Shown here: piece after piece, positions 13,516 to 23,680 of the stretch
Layout: the number at the start of each line of letters is the position of its first letter
How positions within the stretch are numbered: position 1 is the stretch's first letter
Origin: Syntrophorhabdaceae bacterium
GTDB lineage: Bacteria; Desulfobacterota; Syntrophorhabdia; Syntrophorhabdales; Syntrophorhabdaceae
Assembly: GCA_963666485.2 (NCBI GenBank)
Contig: CAXXUO010000008.1
Span: 112,132 to 176,131, forward strand
Length of the DNA: 64,000 bases
Direction: 5' to 3'
Notes under the pieces: generated by a model
The model's database searches: none
What the model saw: only the letters and a program-made list of their open reading frames with translations
Told to the model about the DNA's origin: nothing
Translations under genes and position numbers: made by a program

Positions 13516-13788
13516 CGTCATTCCCGCCCCACCCCGCGTCATTCCCGCCTCACCCTCCGTCATTCCCCGCGAAAGCGGGAATCCAGTGTCTTTGTCTTTT
13601 AATCTTTAATAGGTTGATAATGTCGGCCTTTTTGTGTACAAGGCTGCCAACGGCTGATCAATAGACACACGATACGTGCATGATTGCGGGTGTTACCCAA
13701 AAGACCAACTGAAAAGACACTGGATTCCCGCTTCGCGGGAATGACGGTCGGTGGTGAGGATTCCCGCTTTCGCCGGAATGGACGGCAG
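13516..13788. repeat. REPIN-like element: inverted GTCATTCCCGCGAAAGCGGGAATCCAG arms plus partial copies
   Basis: Left arm ~13557-13593, right arm ~13713-13747; truncated CGTCATTCCCGCC at 13516 and 13537; degenerate copy ~13758-13788. Confidence 0.85.
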
Positions 13789-13798
13789 AGAGATAGAA

Positions 13799-13822
13799 GC
13801 CTTTAGCCTTTAGCCTTTAGCC
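13799..13822 (+). repeat. Heptamer tandem repeat (GCCTTTA)3
   Basis: Visible directly; overlaps the ruvB stop codon. Confidence 0.7.
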
Positions 13823-14880
13823 GTTCCTCTTCTTTCCCTCAAAGAGACTGTCCATCTTCAAGGCTGGCTTTGTTGACAGGTTGAGGTGATGAAATGCCCT
13901 CTCCGATGCCTTGCGTCCCTGCGAGGTGCGGATGATGAATCCGCTTTTGAGGAGGAACGGTTCAACGACCTCGATGAGGACGTCGGATTCGAGCTGGAGG
14001 GTTGCAGCGAGAGCCTCGATACCGACAGGGCCCCCCTTGTAATTGAGGATTATCGTGGCAAGCAGTTTTCTATCGGTTTCACTTAGGCCGTGATCATCGA
14101 TCCCTTCGAGCCCCAGCGCATCTATGGCGACACTCTTCGTTATCACGCCCTTTGCCCTGACCTCGGCCGTAATCACGGACACGCTTCAAGAGCCGGTTTG
14201 CCACGCGCGGTGTCCCGCGGGCACGTTTTGCCGTCTCGACGGCGCCCTCTTCGTCCTATTGCGACACCGAGTATTGCCGCCGAACGCTTGATGATCTTCA
14301 CGAGGTCCTCGTCTATATAAAAGTCGAGGTCCCTGACAATCCCGAAACGTTCCCTCAACGGCGACGACAAAAGACCGGAGCGCGTCGTCGCACCGATCAG
14401 TGTGAAGTGTTCAAGGCGATAACGGTGCGTCCGGGCGTGAATCCCCTTGTCGAAGATAAAATCGACCGCAAAGTCCTCCATTGCGGGGTAGAGGAATTCT
14501 TCCACGATCTTCGGGATACGGTGGATCTCGTCGATGAAAAAGATGTCCCCCTTTTCGAGATGCGTGAGAAGGCCCATCAGGTCCCCGCCTTTTTCAAGCG
14601 CCGGGCCGGAGGACGTAACGATCCGTGTGCCCATCTCGTTGGCGATGATATGTGCGAGTGTCGTTTTACCGAGGCCCGGGGGGCCGTTAAAGAGAATGTG
14701 CTCGAGCGGCTCACCGCGCTTTAAGGCGGCCTCGATCGCTATCTGGAGCGTTTCGACAATGGTATTCTGGCCGACATATTCGGAAAGCCTGCTCGGGCGC
14801 AGCGTCACAACGGTTTCATCGCCGGCGCCCTCATCCCTCTTATACAATTCAGATATGTCGGAGTTTTCTTCCTGTATCAT
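13817..14880 (-). CDS. ruvB: Holliday junction branch migration helicase; one apparent +1 frameshift near 14255
   Basis: [47 protein letters not shown] reads in the shifted frame; GGPVG and EPFL downstream. Confidence 0.93.
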
Positions 14881-15491
14881 TCTTTCTGTCCTCTATACAC
14901 CTCTTCGAACAACTCTTCGGATGAGGCGATACGGGGGTTCCTTTTCATTGCGTCCTGTATCATCTGCCGCGCTTCGAGAAGCTTATGGCCAAGCTGGGTA
15001 ACAAGGACGTGCTCGACGTCCTTCATGAAGTCCTCCACCACCGGTGCCGCGGCCGCGGTCTCGGGCATGAGGGCGTATTTCGCCACCCTTCCCTTCAATG
15101 TCGCAACGATCTTGTCCGCCTTCCTCTCGCCTATACCTTTAAGCTTCCGGAGCGATTTCGCGTCCTTACCCTCTATGTACCGGGCTATCTCGCGGATCGG
15201 CTGTGTCAGGGCCTTGATCGCGGCCATCGGGCCGATATCCTCGACCATGATAAAGAGCTCGAAGAACTCCCGGTCGAGCTCGTGGCGGAAACCAACAAGG
15301 ACCGGCTTCGGCTGCCTCTCCGTCTGGTGAAAGGAGATATAGAGTTCCAGGTCCTCATCCACCTTCTTTGACCTGCGGATATCCGTCATCACGAATGCCG
15401 GGATGAGCACATCGTACCCTATCCCGCCGACAAGGAGCGTGAGGCGCTCGTCGTAGATGCCTTTTATTTTTCCTGTCAGATAAGCGATCAT
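14877..15491 (-). CDS. ruvA: Holliday junction DNA-binding protein
   Basis: [17 protein letters not shown], two HhH motifs ([11 protein letters not shown]); lies between ruvC and ruvB. Confidence 0.92.
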   Translation of the reverse strand: MIAYLTGKIKGIYDERLTLLVGGIGYDVLIPAFVMTDIRRSKKVDEDLELYISFHQTERQPKPVLVGFRHELDREFFELFIMVEDIGPMAAIKALTQPIREIARYIEGKDAKSLRKLKGIGERKADKIVATLKGRVAKYALMPETAAAAPVVEDFMKDVEHVLVTQLGHKLLEARQMIQDAMKRNPRIASSEELFEEVYRGQKE

Positions 15492-15973
15492 ATCACGGCC
15501 CTGTATTCCCTGCGGTAATATGTGGCAAGCGCGACGGCAAGCGCGTCCGATGCGTGGAACGATGAAACGTTGTTTATCTTCAGTGCACTGACTACCGCGT
15601 CCCTGATCTGTTTCTTTCCGGCGTTGCCGAACCCCACCAGTGCATTCTTGATCTCTTTCGGCGCGATCTCCTGTACCGGCAACCCCCGTTCACGGGCTGT
15701 AACATAAAGCACGCCGAGGACGCTTCCGAGAAGAATGCCCGCCCGGGGATACCGCACCAGCGAAAAGACATCCTCTATCGCAACAAGATCAGGTTTCACC
15801 TGGTCAATTATCGTGTTCATATCGCCATGGATTTGCATGAGCCTGTTCGGGACCGTATCCGTTGTAAATGTTTTTATAGCGCCGCACTTTATCAGGCCGG
15901 GCGTCTTCCCGTCGCATTGCAGCGCCCCGAACCCCGTGCTCGCGAGTCCCGGATCGATGCCGAGGATGATCAT
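15488..15973 (-). CDS. ruvC: Holliday junction resolvase
   Basis: MIILGIDPG, VAIEDVF, DALAVA; true start is ATG 15973. Confidence 0.95.
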   Translation of the reverse strand: MIILGIDPGLASTGFGALQCDGKTPGLIKCGAIKTFTTDTVPNRLMQIHGDMNTIIDQVKPDLVAIEDVFSLVRYPRAGILLGSVLGVLYVTARERGLPVQEIAPKEIKNALVGFGNAGKKQIRDAVVSALKINNVSSFHASDALAVALATYYRREYRAVI

Positions 15974-16027
15974 GAATGCACCATGTGGACAATGATAGCA
16001 AGTGGGGATGGGTTTGTAAATGAAAAG

Positions 16028-16379
16028 ACGGCTAACGGCGTACGGCGTACGGCTAACGGAAAAAATGAAAAGGCAGCCGAAGGAAAAAGTGGGAAATGGA
16101 AAGCCTGGCCAGGGACTAACGGAAAGGAATAAAGATGCATTAGTCAGGAAAATTGCTGACAACTCCGGGTTCAGAAGAGGTGAGCGAAACGGTGGTCATA
16201 GGAGCCTAACGGGCGAACCGGTGGTCAACACAAATGCTGACTAGAGCAACTGCTGACTGTCCTGCATTATCGGAACCTTTACACCTTTACCTTTTCCCTG
16301 CTCTCCTTTCGCCGTTAGCCGTACGCCGTTAGCCGTACGCCGTTAGCCGTACGCCGTATGCCGTATGCCGTACGCCGTT
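16028..16379. repeat. Inverted heptamer arrays (CGGCGTA/CGGCTAA vs TACGCCG/TTAGCCG) flanking a self-complementary core
   Basis: About 4 units at 16028-16059 and about 10 reverse-complement units at 16311-16379. Confidence 0.8.
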
Positions 16380-16383
16380 CCCC

Positions 16384-16412
16384 TTGCCTATCGCCCCTCT
16401 TTTCAGTATACT
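16384..16412 (+). promoter_or_regulatory. Sigma70 promoter of tadA-tRNA-Ser
   Basis: TTGCCT-17bp-TATACT, with 6 nt between the -10 box and ATG 16419. Confidence 0.7.
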
Positions 16413-16857
16413 TGTTGGATGTTTGACGAAGAGTCCATGGAGTTATGCCTTGCCGAGGCGCGGGCGGCGTGGGCGGAGGATGAGGTGCCGGTGGGCGCCG
16501 TGATCACCGATGAAAAAGGTACGATCGTGGCGCAGGCGCACAACATGACGCGCTCGCTCAATAACCCGTCTGCACATGCCGAGATGCTCGCGATCGAACG
16601 GGCGGCCAAAGTTCTGGGCAATTACCGCCTGACAGGATGCACGCTCTTCGTCACGATGGAGCCATGCCTGATGTGTGCGGGAGCGATCATAGAGGCACGG
16701 CTCAAGAGGCTCGTATTCGGGTGCCATGATGAAAAACGCGGTGCGTTCGGTTCCGTCATTGACGCGAACCTTTTGCCGCTCAACCATAAAGTCGCTATAA
16801 CCGGCGGGGTCCTCAAAGAGGATTGCGCCAAACTCCTGAAAGATTTTTTCTCACTGC

Positions 16858-16951
<94 letters not shown>

Positions 16952-17040
16952 TACATCCGGCATTATCACGACAATAATTCCACACTTCCCTCCCCTCGTT
17001 ACTTTGTGGTAATAATTTCGTATCGGATAATAGCAAAACC

Positions 17041-17514
17041 ATGAACAAAAAACGTCTTATATTGCTGGGTGTCGTTGCCGTTATTATTGCTGCCGCCATC
17101 GGTGTCGGTCTCGGAAAATACCTCGGCAGATCATCGGTGGGACCAACCAGGGCCACACCGCAGGATATCGAAAAAGAATTGATCCAGGGGCTTGAAAACG
17201 GGGCTAAACAAATAAAGACGCCGATGATGGTCGACGAAGATACGAGGTTGGAAAAAGTCACGGTTGGACCGGGCCCGCGCGTTACCTATCATTACACCAT
17301 CGTCAAGCATCCATCCCAAAAGATCGATCCCTCGATACTGCGCCGGAACCTGTATCCTGAAATAAGAAATAAAGTGTGCACCGGCGAAAAAATGCAAGTC
17401 TCCCTGCAGTATGGTGCGGCCTATACGTACTCTTATTCAGGAAATGACGGCGTTCATGTGGGAAGCGTTGACATTGATCGGGATGTCTGCGGTTTGCCAA
17501 AAATATCGCCCTGA
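17041..17514 (+). CDS. Hypothetical membrane-anchored periplasmic protein
   Basis: N-terminal hydrophobic helix; PMMVDEDTRLEKV...YHY small-domain pattern; two Cys. Confidence 0.75.
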   Translation: MNKKRLILLGVVAVIIAAAIGVGLGKYLGRSSVGPTRATPQDIEKELIQGLENGAKQIKTPMMVDEDTRLEKVTVGPGPRVTYHYTIVKHPSQKIDPSILRRNLYPEIRNKVCTGEKMQVSLQYGAAYTYSYSGNDGVHVGSVDIDRDVCGLPKISP

Positions 17515-17542
17515 TTTGCATCAGTCCCCCTATGATCACACG

Positions 17543-17583
17543 TTGACGAATACATAAAATAGGTGTATAATTATGTGTATTCG
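17543..17583 (+). promoter_or_regulatory. Sigma70 promoter and operator of the TA operon
   Basis: TTGACG-17bp-TATAAT (17543-17571); inverted repeat CGAATACA (17547-17554) / TGTATTCG (17576-17583). Confidence 0.8.
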
Positions 17584-17592
17584 AGGTGACAT

Positions 17593-17817
17593 ATGCAAAC
17601 ACGACACAATATAACCCTGGATAAAGACATCTCGCGGGAACTGGAAACAATAGCCGGCGAACTCGGGGAGAAGAAGAGCTCGATCATTGAGAAGGCGTTA
17701 ACGGCTTATTTCGATTTTCTGGACCTTGAGCTGGTCAAGAAGCGGATGAAGGACCTTGAGGAAGGCAGAGACGAAGTAATTGACGCGGATGACGTGTGGA
17801 AAGAACTTGGGATCTAA
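17593..17817 (+). CDS. Ribbon-helix-helix antitoxin (RelB-like)
   Basis: RHNITLD beta strand plus two helices; acidic tail ending DDVWKELGI; overlaps the toxin gene. Confidence 0.85.
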   Translation: MQTRHNITLDKDISRELETIAGELGEKKSSIIEKALTAYFDFLDLELVKKRMKDLEEGRDEVIDADDVWKELGI

Positions 17818-18082
17818 GGCCAGATATGCCCTGAGATTCACGAGGAGCGCCTCCCGGGACCTCGGAAGGATCGACCTTCCTTTCCAAAAGATAATCAAAG
17901 AGAAGTTGCTCATTCTGGCCAGCAGCCCGGCGGCGCTTGCCAACAACATCACCAGGCTCACAAATACCGAATACTACAGGCTCCGGGTCGGCAGCTATCG
18001 TGTCATTTTTGAGAAAAGAGAAAAGGAGCTCGTGATCCTTGTGGTCCGGATCGGGCACCGCAGTGAAGTTTATAACCGATAG
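17807..18082 (+). CDS. RelE/ParE-family toxin (probable TTG start)
   Basis: [12 protein letters not shown]...[11 protein letters not shown] signature. Confidence 0.9.
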   Translation: MGSKARYALRFTRSASRDLGRIDLPFQKIIKEKLLILASSPAALANNITRLTNTEYYRLRVGSYRVIFEKREKELVILVVRIGHRSEVYNR

Positions 18083-18267
18083 CGGTACCAGCAACGTTTC
18101 ACGGACCTAAATAAATATCTCCCAATCTGCACACAGGAATGAAACGTTCAGGCTCTCATAACTAAAACATTAAGAATATCTAACAACTTACGATAACTAC
18201 AATTATGGGGGAAGGCCTGCGGGGTACATGGCGGCAGTTCTCTTCATCTTATGGGAAAGGAGAAATT

Positions 18268-20553
18268 ATGCAGTTTGACGTTATCCTCGATTTTCCCGAC
18301 GGACATATTGAAGAAGCAATATTGGCCCGGCCCTTCAATCCCGAAGACAGGGCCGCACATGTTCTGTCCGGCGACGGGGACGGGACAAAGGTGATCCCGC
18401 TTTCCGAACTGTGCTGCGTCCTGATGCAGAAAAATGGTTTTTCGGTACCGGGAGCTGAACATTCGCTCGAAGTCATCACAGTCACGTCCGACAAGCATTA
18501 TCACGTGGCAATCCCGAACGGGCAGCAGGTCAAAGCCGGGTTTTACGGCGTAGCGAATGAGACGGACAGCCCTTACAACCTCATCTTCTTTACCTACTCC
18601 GGGGTAAGCTCCCGGGAAGATCTTGCCCCCATCGGGAAAATGCTCGAAGAGAATAACTTCGTTACATCTTTTGAAATAGAAAAGGTACTGGAAGAACAAA
18701 AGGCCCTCAGGCAGAAGAAGCTGGGGGCGATCATTGCGGAAGAGCAAGGCGTTCCGCAGAGGAATATTGAGAATGCGATAGATACCGCCTACCGGGAAGG
18801 CAGGATCTCCGAGAGCATGAAGATCGGGGACATTCTTGTAGAAGCCGGTCTCGTAACGAAAGATCAAGTGGAGACCGCCTTCGCCAGCCAGGTGAAAGGC
18901 AGGAAAAAGAGGATTGGCGATCTCCTGGTCGAAAAAGGCCTTATAACAGAGGAGCAGCTTGTAAGGACCCTGGCCGTCAAGTTCCACATCCCCTTTGTCG
19001 ATCTTGAAAAGATCACCCCTTCACAGCCGGCGCTCGATCTGCTGCCGGCAGACATGGTCCATAAGCTGAGGATATTTCCCGTCGAAGATAACGGCGAGAG
19101 GATAACGATCGCGACGTCGGAACCGACCGACCTCACGGTCTATGACACCCTGCGCTTCTACTTCCACGGAAAAAGATACGTGGACCTTGTCGTTGCCGTG
19201 CCCCGGCAGATATCGGCGGCGATCCTGAAACATTACCAGAAGGACGCATACGTTATTGAGGATATCATCAGCGATATGACCGAGACGGTCCTTTACGATG
19301 ACAGCCCGGCAAAAGAGGCAGGCACCATCTCGGATTCCGACTCCCAGGTCGTAGCGCTTGTAAACAGGATACTGATCGACGGTCACGGCAAAGACGCGTC
19401 CGATATACATTTCGAGCCCGGAGGCCGGGGCCAGCCCGTCGAAGTGCGCTATCGGATCGACGGAACATGCCGGCTGGTCCATAAGATCCCCCGCTCACAC
19501 AAGAATGCCATAATCTCCCGGATAAAGATCATGGCCAACCTGGACTTCTCCGAGAAGCGCAAGCCCCAGAGCGGGAAAATAGTTTTATGGAACGCCGGAC
19601 GACAGATCGAGTACCGGGTCGAGACCACCCCGACAATTGGAGGGAACGAGGATGCCGTGCTGAGGATCCTGCCGCATTCAGACCCCCTGCCCCTTTCCAG
19701 GATGGATTTCTCCGCATCAAATCTCGAGATCATGAAGGGAATGCTTTCCCAGCCGTACGGCCTTATTCTGTGCGTGGGGCCGACGGGCTCGGGTAAGACG
19801 ACCATGCTTCACGGCGCTTTGAAACATCTCAATAAGCCCGAGGTGAAGATCTGGACGATCGAGGACCCCGTTGAGATCACACAAAAAGGCCTTCGACAGG
19901 TGCAAGCCGCCCCGAAGATCGGCTTGACCTTCAGCGAAGCCCTGCGATCATTCCTCAGGTCCGATCCCGATATTATCATGGTCGGTGAAATGCGCGACCC
20001 CGAAACGGCAAAGACGGCCATCGACGCCTCCCTGACGGGCCATCTCGTGTTGAGCACCCTTCATACGAACAGCGCCCCTGAAACGCTGGTCCGTCTCGTT
20101 CAAATGGGACTCGACCCTGTAAATTTTGCCGATTCCATTCTTGGAGTGCTTGCACAACGTCTTGCCCGGCGCGTTTGTAACAAATGTGGTACGTCATATC
20201 ACCCGGACAGGTCAGAATACGACAGGCTGGTAGACTTATGCGGAAAGGCCGGTTTCGAACAACACATCAATGTCCCGTACTCACCGGCCCTGAGCTTCAG
20301 AAAGGCCGTCGGCTGCGAAGCCTGCAGCGGGACAGGCTACAAGGGACGCATCGCCGTTCATGAATTGCTCGAAGGAACCACGCAGATCAAGGACCTCATA
20401 CGAAGGAACGCGGGCCTCGATGAGCTGAAAGCCCTGGCCATAAAACAGGGAATGACCACCCTTTTAATTGACGGCGTCCAAAAGGTCATCAACGGGTCTA
20501 CTGACCTGCCTGAGATCATGCGGGTATGCCGTTACGAAAGGACCGGGAACTAG
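18268..20553 (+). CDS. PilB/GspE-family secretion ATPase with repeated MshEN-like N-terminal motifs
   Basis: ASDIHFEP, GPTGSGKTT, TIEDPVE, LRSDPD..MVGEMRD, HLVLSTLHTN, CxxC pairs; repeated (K/R)(I/L)G.ILV..G motifs. Confidence 0.92.
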   Translation: MQFDVILDFPDGHIEEAILARPFNPEDRAAHVLSGDGDGTKVIPLSELCCVLMQKNGFSVPGAEHSLEVITVTSDKHYHVAIPNGQQVKAGFYGVANETDSPYNLIFFTYSGVSSREDLAPIGKMLEENNFVTSFEIEKVLEEQKALRQKKLGAIIAEEQGVPQRNIENAIDTAYREGRISESMKIGDILVEAGLVTKDQVETAFASQVKGRKKRIGDLLVEKGLITEEQLVRTLAVKFHIPFVDLEKITPSQPALDLLPADMVHKLRIFPVEDNGERITIATSEPTDLTVYDTLRFYFHGKRYVDLVVAVPRQISAAILKHYQKDAYVIEDIISDMTETVLYDDSPAKEAGTISDSDSQVVALVNRILIDGHGKDASDIHFEPGGRGQPVEVRYRIDGTCRLVHKIPRSHKNAIISRIKIMANLDFSEKRKPQSGKIVLWNAGRQIEYRVETTPTIGGNEDAVLRILPHSDPLPLSRMDFSASNLEIMKGMLSQPYGLILCVGPTGSGKTTMLHGALKHLNKPEVKIWTIEDPVEITQKGLRQVQAAPKIGLTFSEALRSFLRSDPDIIMVGEMRDPETAKTAIDASLTGHLVLSTLHTNSAPETLVRLVQMGLDPVNFADSILGVLAQRLARRVCNKCGTSYHPDRSEYDRLVDLCGKAGFEQHINVPYSPALSFRKAVGCEACSGTGYKGRIAVHELLEGTTQIKDLIRRNAGLDELKALAIKQGMTTLLIDGVQKVINGSTDLPEIMRVCRYERTGN

Positions 20554-20799
20554 TACCCCTATTCTGAAGGCCTCCCGGCAGGCACGAGGCCTTTTCCCTT
20601 TAACCTCTTGTATTTTATGTAATCCGTAAAAGCAATGCTAAACAGTACCGGTGTTCCGTGGAATGCCATCGGTATAACATCCCGAAACAACTGACTATTA
20701 CCGGCAAAGATGTCAACCTGTACCCCGGGCTGACAACGATGTCGCAGGAAACATGCCGACTGCCCGAAAGTGGTGTATACTTTCTTTGTGGAGGTTAAC

Positions 20800-21012
20800 A
20801 TGAGACCACTTAAGAACTCGTCGACAACCAAACTGGACCCGCGGGGCATGAAAGCGCGGAAGGACTGGATGGAACACTTCGCAAAGGCTTCGAATCAATA
20901 CCTGGAGCCGGGCATGGTAAAACGTTCTTTAAAGTCGTGGCAAAGCGTGTCAAGGAGCGGTCTGCGTCCCCCGAAACTCACGCCCAGGCACACGGGAGGA
21001 CAACGGGGCTAG
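20800..21012 (+). CDS. Small basic hypothetical protein (70 aa)
   Basis: GGAGG SD before ATG 20800; TATACT box upstream; no recognised family. Confidence 0.6.
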   Translation: MRPLKNSSTTKLDPRGMKARKDWMEHFAKASNQYLEPGMVKRSLKSWQSVSRSGLRPPKLTPRHTGGQRG

Positions 21013-21089
21013 ATCTCTCGAATGAGAAAGAACTGTCTATTTTAGGGCCGCAAAGGCAATGTGCCGGTGCGAGACAATGCCCGATAATT

Positions 21090-23072
21090 TTAAATATTGA
21101 CCCTGATCGGCAGAATAACCGTCGGGATGCCTTCCCATTGAAGCCGTCTCTGGAGTGCATTGGCCGTCTCATTGTGGAGGACCCTCTGGAACGGGTTCTC
21201 CTTCTTGAAGATCAGCTTGCCCGTGAACACGGTCGATCGCGGGAATTCTTTCACCGTCTTTTCGACAAGTTCCGTGACGGAATCGATCACATCCGTCGCT
21301 ACCTCCGTCCGGTAATCGGCAGGGAACCCGTGGGCCCTGGTGACCTTGATATATTTCTCGAGGTCCTTCTTTACCGATGCCTGCAGGGCCTTGATCTCGG
21401 CAAGCCCCTTGAAAGACCCCGAATCCACCTCGGCCACGGAGATGAAAATGAAGTTCTTATAGATGCCCGGGAAATGCTGAACGATGGAAAGCAGTGTGTG
21501 GAGCCCAAACCCGTTGAAACTGCTGACGAGCAGTATCGCGGTCATGTCTTTGGGATTCACCGGGTCGTTGTTGAAGGCCCCGACAGCCGGGATATCGGAC
21601 AGGATGTTTTCCAGGTGCCGTACGCTGTCCCGGACCTTTGCGTAATGCCTGCGGATGAGATAGCACAGCGCCATAACCGCAGATGTAATGACTATCGTGA
21701 CCCAACCCCCTTCGCCGAACTTCTCGAATACTGTCACACACAGGATGGTGAGGCAGAGGATAAGCCCGATCACGTGGATAACGAGATGCTGCCTCCACCG
21801 GGCATCCTTCTCCTTGTTCTTCAGGAAGAACCGGATCATGCCGAATTGTGACAGCGAGAACGTCACGAAAACATTGATCGAGTACATAACCACGAGGGCA
21901 GTGATCGAACCTTTCGTGTATATGAGAAGGGCGATGGCCGCTGCACCCATCAGGATGACGCCGTTCTGCATGGTAAGCCGCTCGGAGAGGGACGCGAATT
22001 TGCGGGGGAACCACGAATCGATCGCCATGTTCGACATAACCCGGGGACCGTCGATGAAACCTGTCTGCGCCCCCACGATCAGGAGTGCCCCTTCCGACAG
22101 TATTGTGACGAGGGCGATCACCCCGCCCAAGGGCCAGCCCGAGAAAACCGCCCCGGCCAGTATGGCGTTGAGCGTCTGTCCTTCTGCCGGCCTGATCCTG
22201 AAAAGAAGGTAACAGACAAGGAGCCCGCCGGCCGTGATGGCAAGCGACGACGCCATGTATACCATGGTCCGTTTACCGGTGTGCACCCGTGGCTCCCGCA
22301 TGATCTGCATCCCGTTCGAGACTGCCTCGATCCCCGTGTATGTTCCGGCACCCATGGAGAACGCCCGCAGGAAGATGGCGAGGACCCCGATGAACCCTAT
22401 AGTCCTGAGGTCGGAACCAAGGCTGGTGTTGATGTCGTGCAAAACCGGTTTTACCTGCCCGACGTGAGTGAATATCCCGTAACCGATGAGAAGGGCATGC
22501 GTTGCAACGAATATTATGAAGATAGGGGCGAGAAAAACGACAGATTCCTTGACGCCCCTCAAGTTCAGGACGACAAGCACGACGATCAGGAACGCTACGA
22601 AGGCCAGCTTGTACTTCTGGAACGAAAGAGGGAGGAAACTGAACAACGCGTCGCCGCATGACACGAGCGAGACCGCGATGGTGAGCATGTAGTCGACGAG
22701 AAGAGCGCACCCCGAAACGACACCGGCCGACTTGCTGATCGTGTGCGTGGAAACGATATACCCGCCGCCCCCGTGGGGGAAATGCTCGATGATCCTCGAA
22801 TACGCGTAGGAAATGATGATGACCGTGAAGGCCGTCGCCACCGCCAGGAATACTGCCAGGTACGTGTGCTGGCCGAGCGTCCGGAACGCTTCCTCCGGGC
22901 CGTAGGATGAAGATGAAAGACCGTCCGCGCCGAGACCGATCCATGCGAGGATCGGTATCAGGGAAAGTTTATGGAATATAGAGGGTTCCTTGATGTCCCG
23001 CGGGGAGCCTATGATCGTGCGCTTTGTCTTTTCGAGTATGCTCTCTGGTCTTTCGGGGAAATCTTCCTGCAT
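21090..23072 (-). CDS. APC-superfamily permease, KimA/YdaO-like K+ transporter
   Basis: ADGLSSSSYGPEE, GGGGY, LLVDYML, NLRGVKES, TGIEAVSNG; C-terminal LHNETA cytosolic domain; kdp context. Confidence 0.85.
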   Translation of the reverse strand: MQEDFPERPESILEKTKRTIIGSPRDIKEPSIFHKLSLIPILAWIGLGADGLSSSSYGPEEAFRTLGQHTYLAVFLAVATAFTVIIISYAYSRIIEHFPHGGGGYIVSTHTISKSAGVVSGCALLVDYMLTIAVSLVSCGDALFSFLPLSFQKYKLAFVAFLIVVLVVLNLRGVKESVVFLAPIFIIFVATHALLIGYGIFTHVGQVKPVLHDINTSLGSDLRTIGFIGVLAIFLRAFSMGAGTYTGIEAVSNGMQIMREPRVHTGKRTMVYMASSLAITAGGLLVCYLLFRIRPAEGQTLNAILAGAVFSGWPLGGVIALVTILSEGALLIVGAQTGFIDGPRVMSNMAIDSWFPRKFASLSERLTMQNGVILMGAAAIALLIYTKGSITALVVMYSINVFVTFSLSQFGMIRFFLKNKEKDARWRQHLVIHVIGLILCLTILCVTVFEKFGEGGWVTIVITSAVMALCYLIRRHYAKVRDSVRHLENILSDIPAVGAFNNDPVNPKDMTAILLVSSFNGFGLHTLLSIVQHFPGIYKNFIFISVAEVDSGSFKGLAEIKALQASVKKDLEKYIKVTRAHGFPADYRTEVATDVIDSVTELVEKTVKEFPRSTVFTGKLIFKKENPFQRVLHNETANALQRRLQWEGIPTVILPIRVNI

Positions 23073-23076
23073 GGGT

Positions 23077-23550
23077 TCAAGCTCCTACCACAAGCACCGA
23101 GCTATGGGACCCTTTCCTCACTTTTGCCGTAATGCTCCGAAATAGAGTGAATAGAGAATACCCTTCCCTGCGCCTGGACATGATAATGAGGTCCGGCCCG
23201 CTTTCCGCTTCGGCGTTCAGGATCGCTTCGTGGACCTTTCCTTTCTTTACGCTCTGTACTATCTCGACATCCCGCGCCCCGGGGATGCGGGCAACCTGCT
23301 CCTGCATCATTCTCCGTTCGCTCGTCCCGTCACCGAACCGCAGGACATGGAGAAGTTCGATCGACGCGTTCTGCTGTTTCGCCAGATCGATCGCCAACTG
23401 CAGCGCAGCATCCGAGTATTCCGAGAAATTCGTCGGCACCAGTATCCTGTTTATACCCTTTCCATTGGTACCGGCAAAGGGCGACACTGCCTCCAGACCG
23501 AAACGGGCTGTAACACTGTCGAAGCCGTTCACTGTCATCCCGGAGCTCAT
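23077..23550 (-). CDS. Universal stress protein (USP)
   Basis: RILVPTNFSEYSDAAL...LLHV...DLIIM...SITAKV...SVLVV. Confidence 0.85.
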   Translation of the reverse strand: MSSGMTVNGFDSVTARFGLEAVSPFAGTNGKGINRILVPTNFSEYSDAALQLAIDLAKQQNASIELLHVLRFGDGTSERRMMQEQVARIPGARDVEIVQSVKKGKVHEAILNAEAESGPDLIIMSRRREGYSLFTLFRSITAKVRKGSHSSVLVVGA

Positions 23551-23569
23551 AATCTTTTGCCTCACTATG

Positions 23570-23634
23570 AATGTAGGCTTTCGGGCATAAATTGGGCGTT
23601 AAAAGATCCATAGATCATATAAAAAAAATGTAAA
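23570..23634 (-). promoter_or_regulatory. Putative KdpE-dependent promoter of usp-kimA
   Basis: Minus strand TTTACA-N5-TTTATA, N13, TTTTAA-N7-TTTATG, N10, TACATT; same layout as 33300-33365. Confidence 0.7.
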
Positions 23635-23680
23635 GATGCTTTGTGATAATGGAAAGGCTTTGTCCGGGCAGCGGCAGGCC

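Noticed and set aside
15974..16162. N-terminal extension of RuvC (and of TadA at 16365-16418)
   Set aside because: Open frames through heptamer repeats; the family-typical starts lie downstream.
16060..16310. 6S RNA or another known ncRNA
   Set aside because: No recognisable conserved motif or usual synteny; left as an unassigned structure pending an Rfam search.
13343..16379. CRISPR array
   Set aside because: Repeats are contiguous 7-mers or inverted palindromes with no unique regular spacers; no cas genes.
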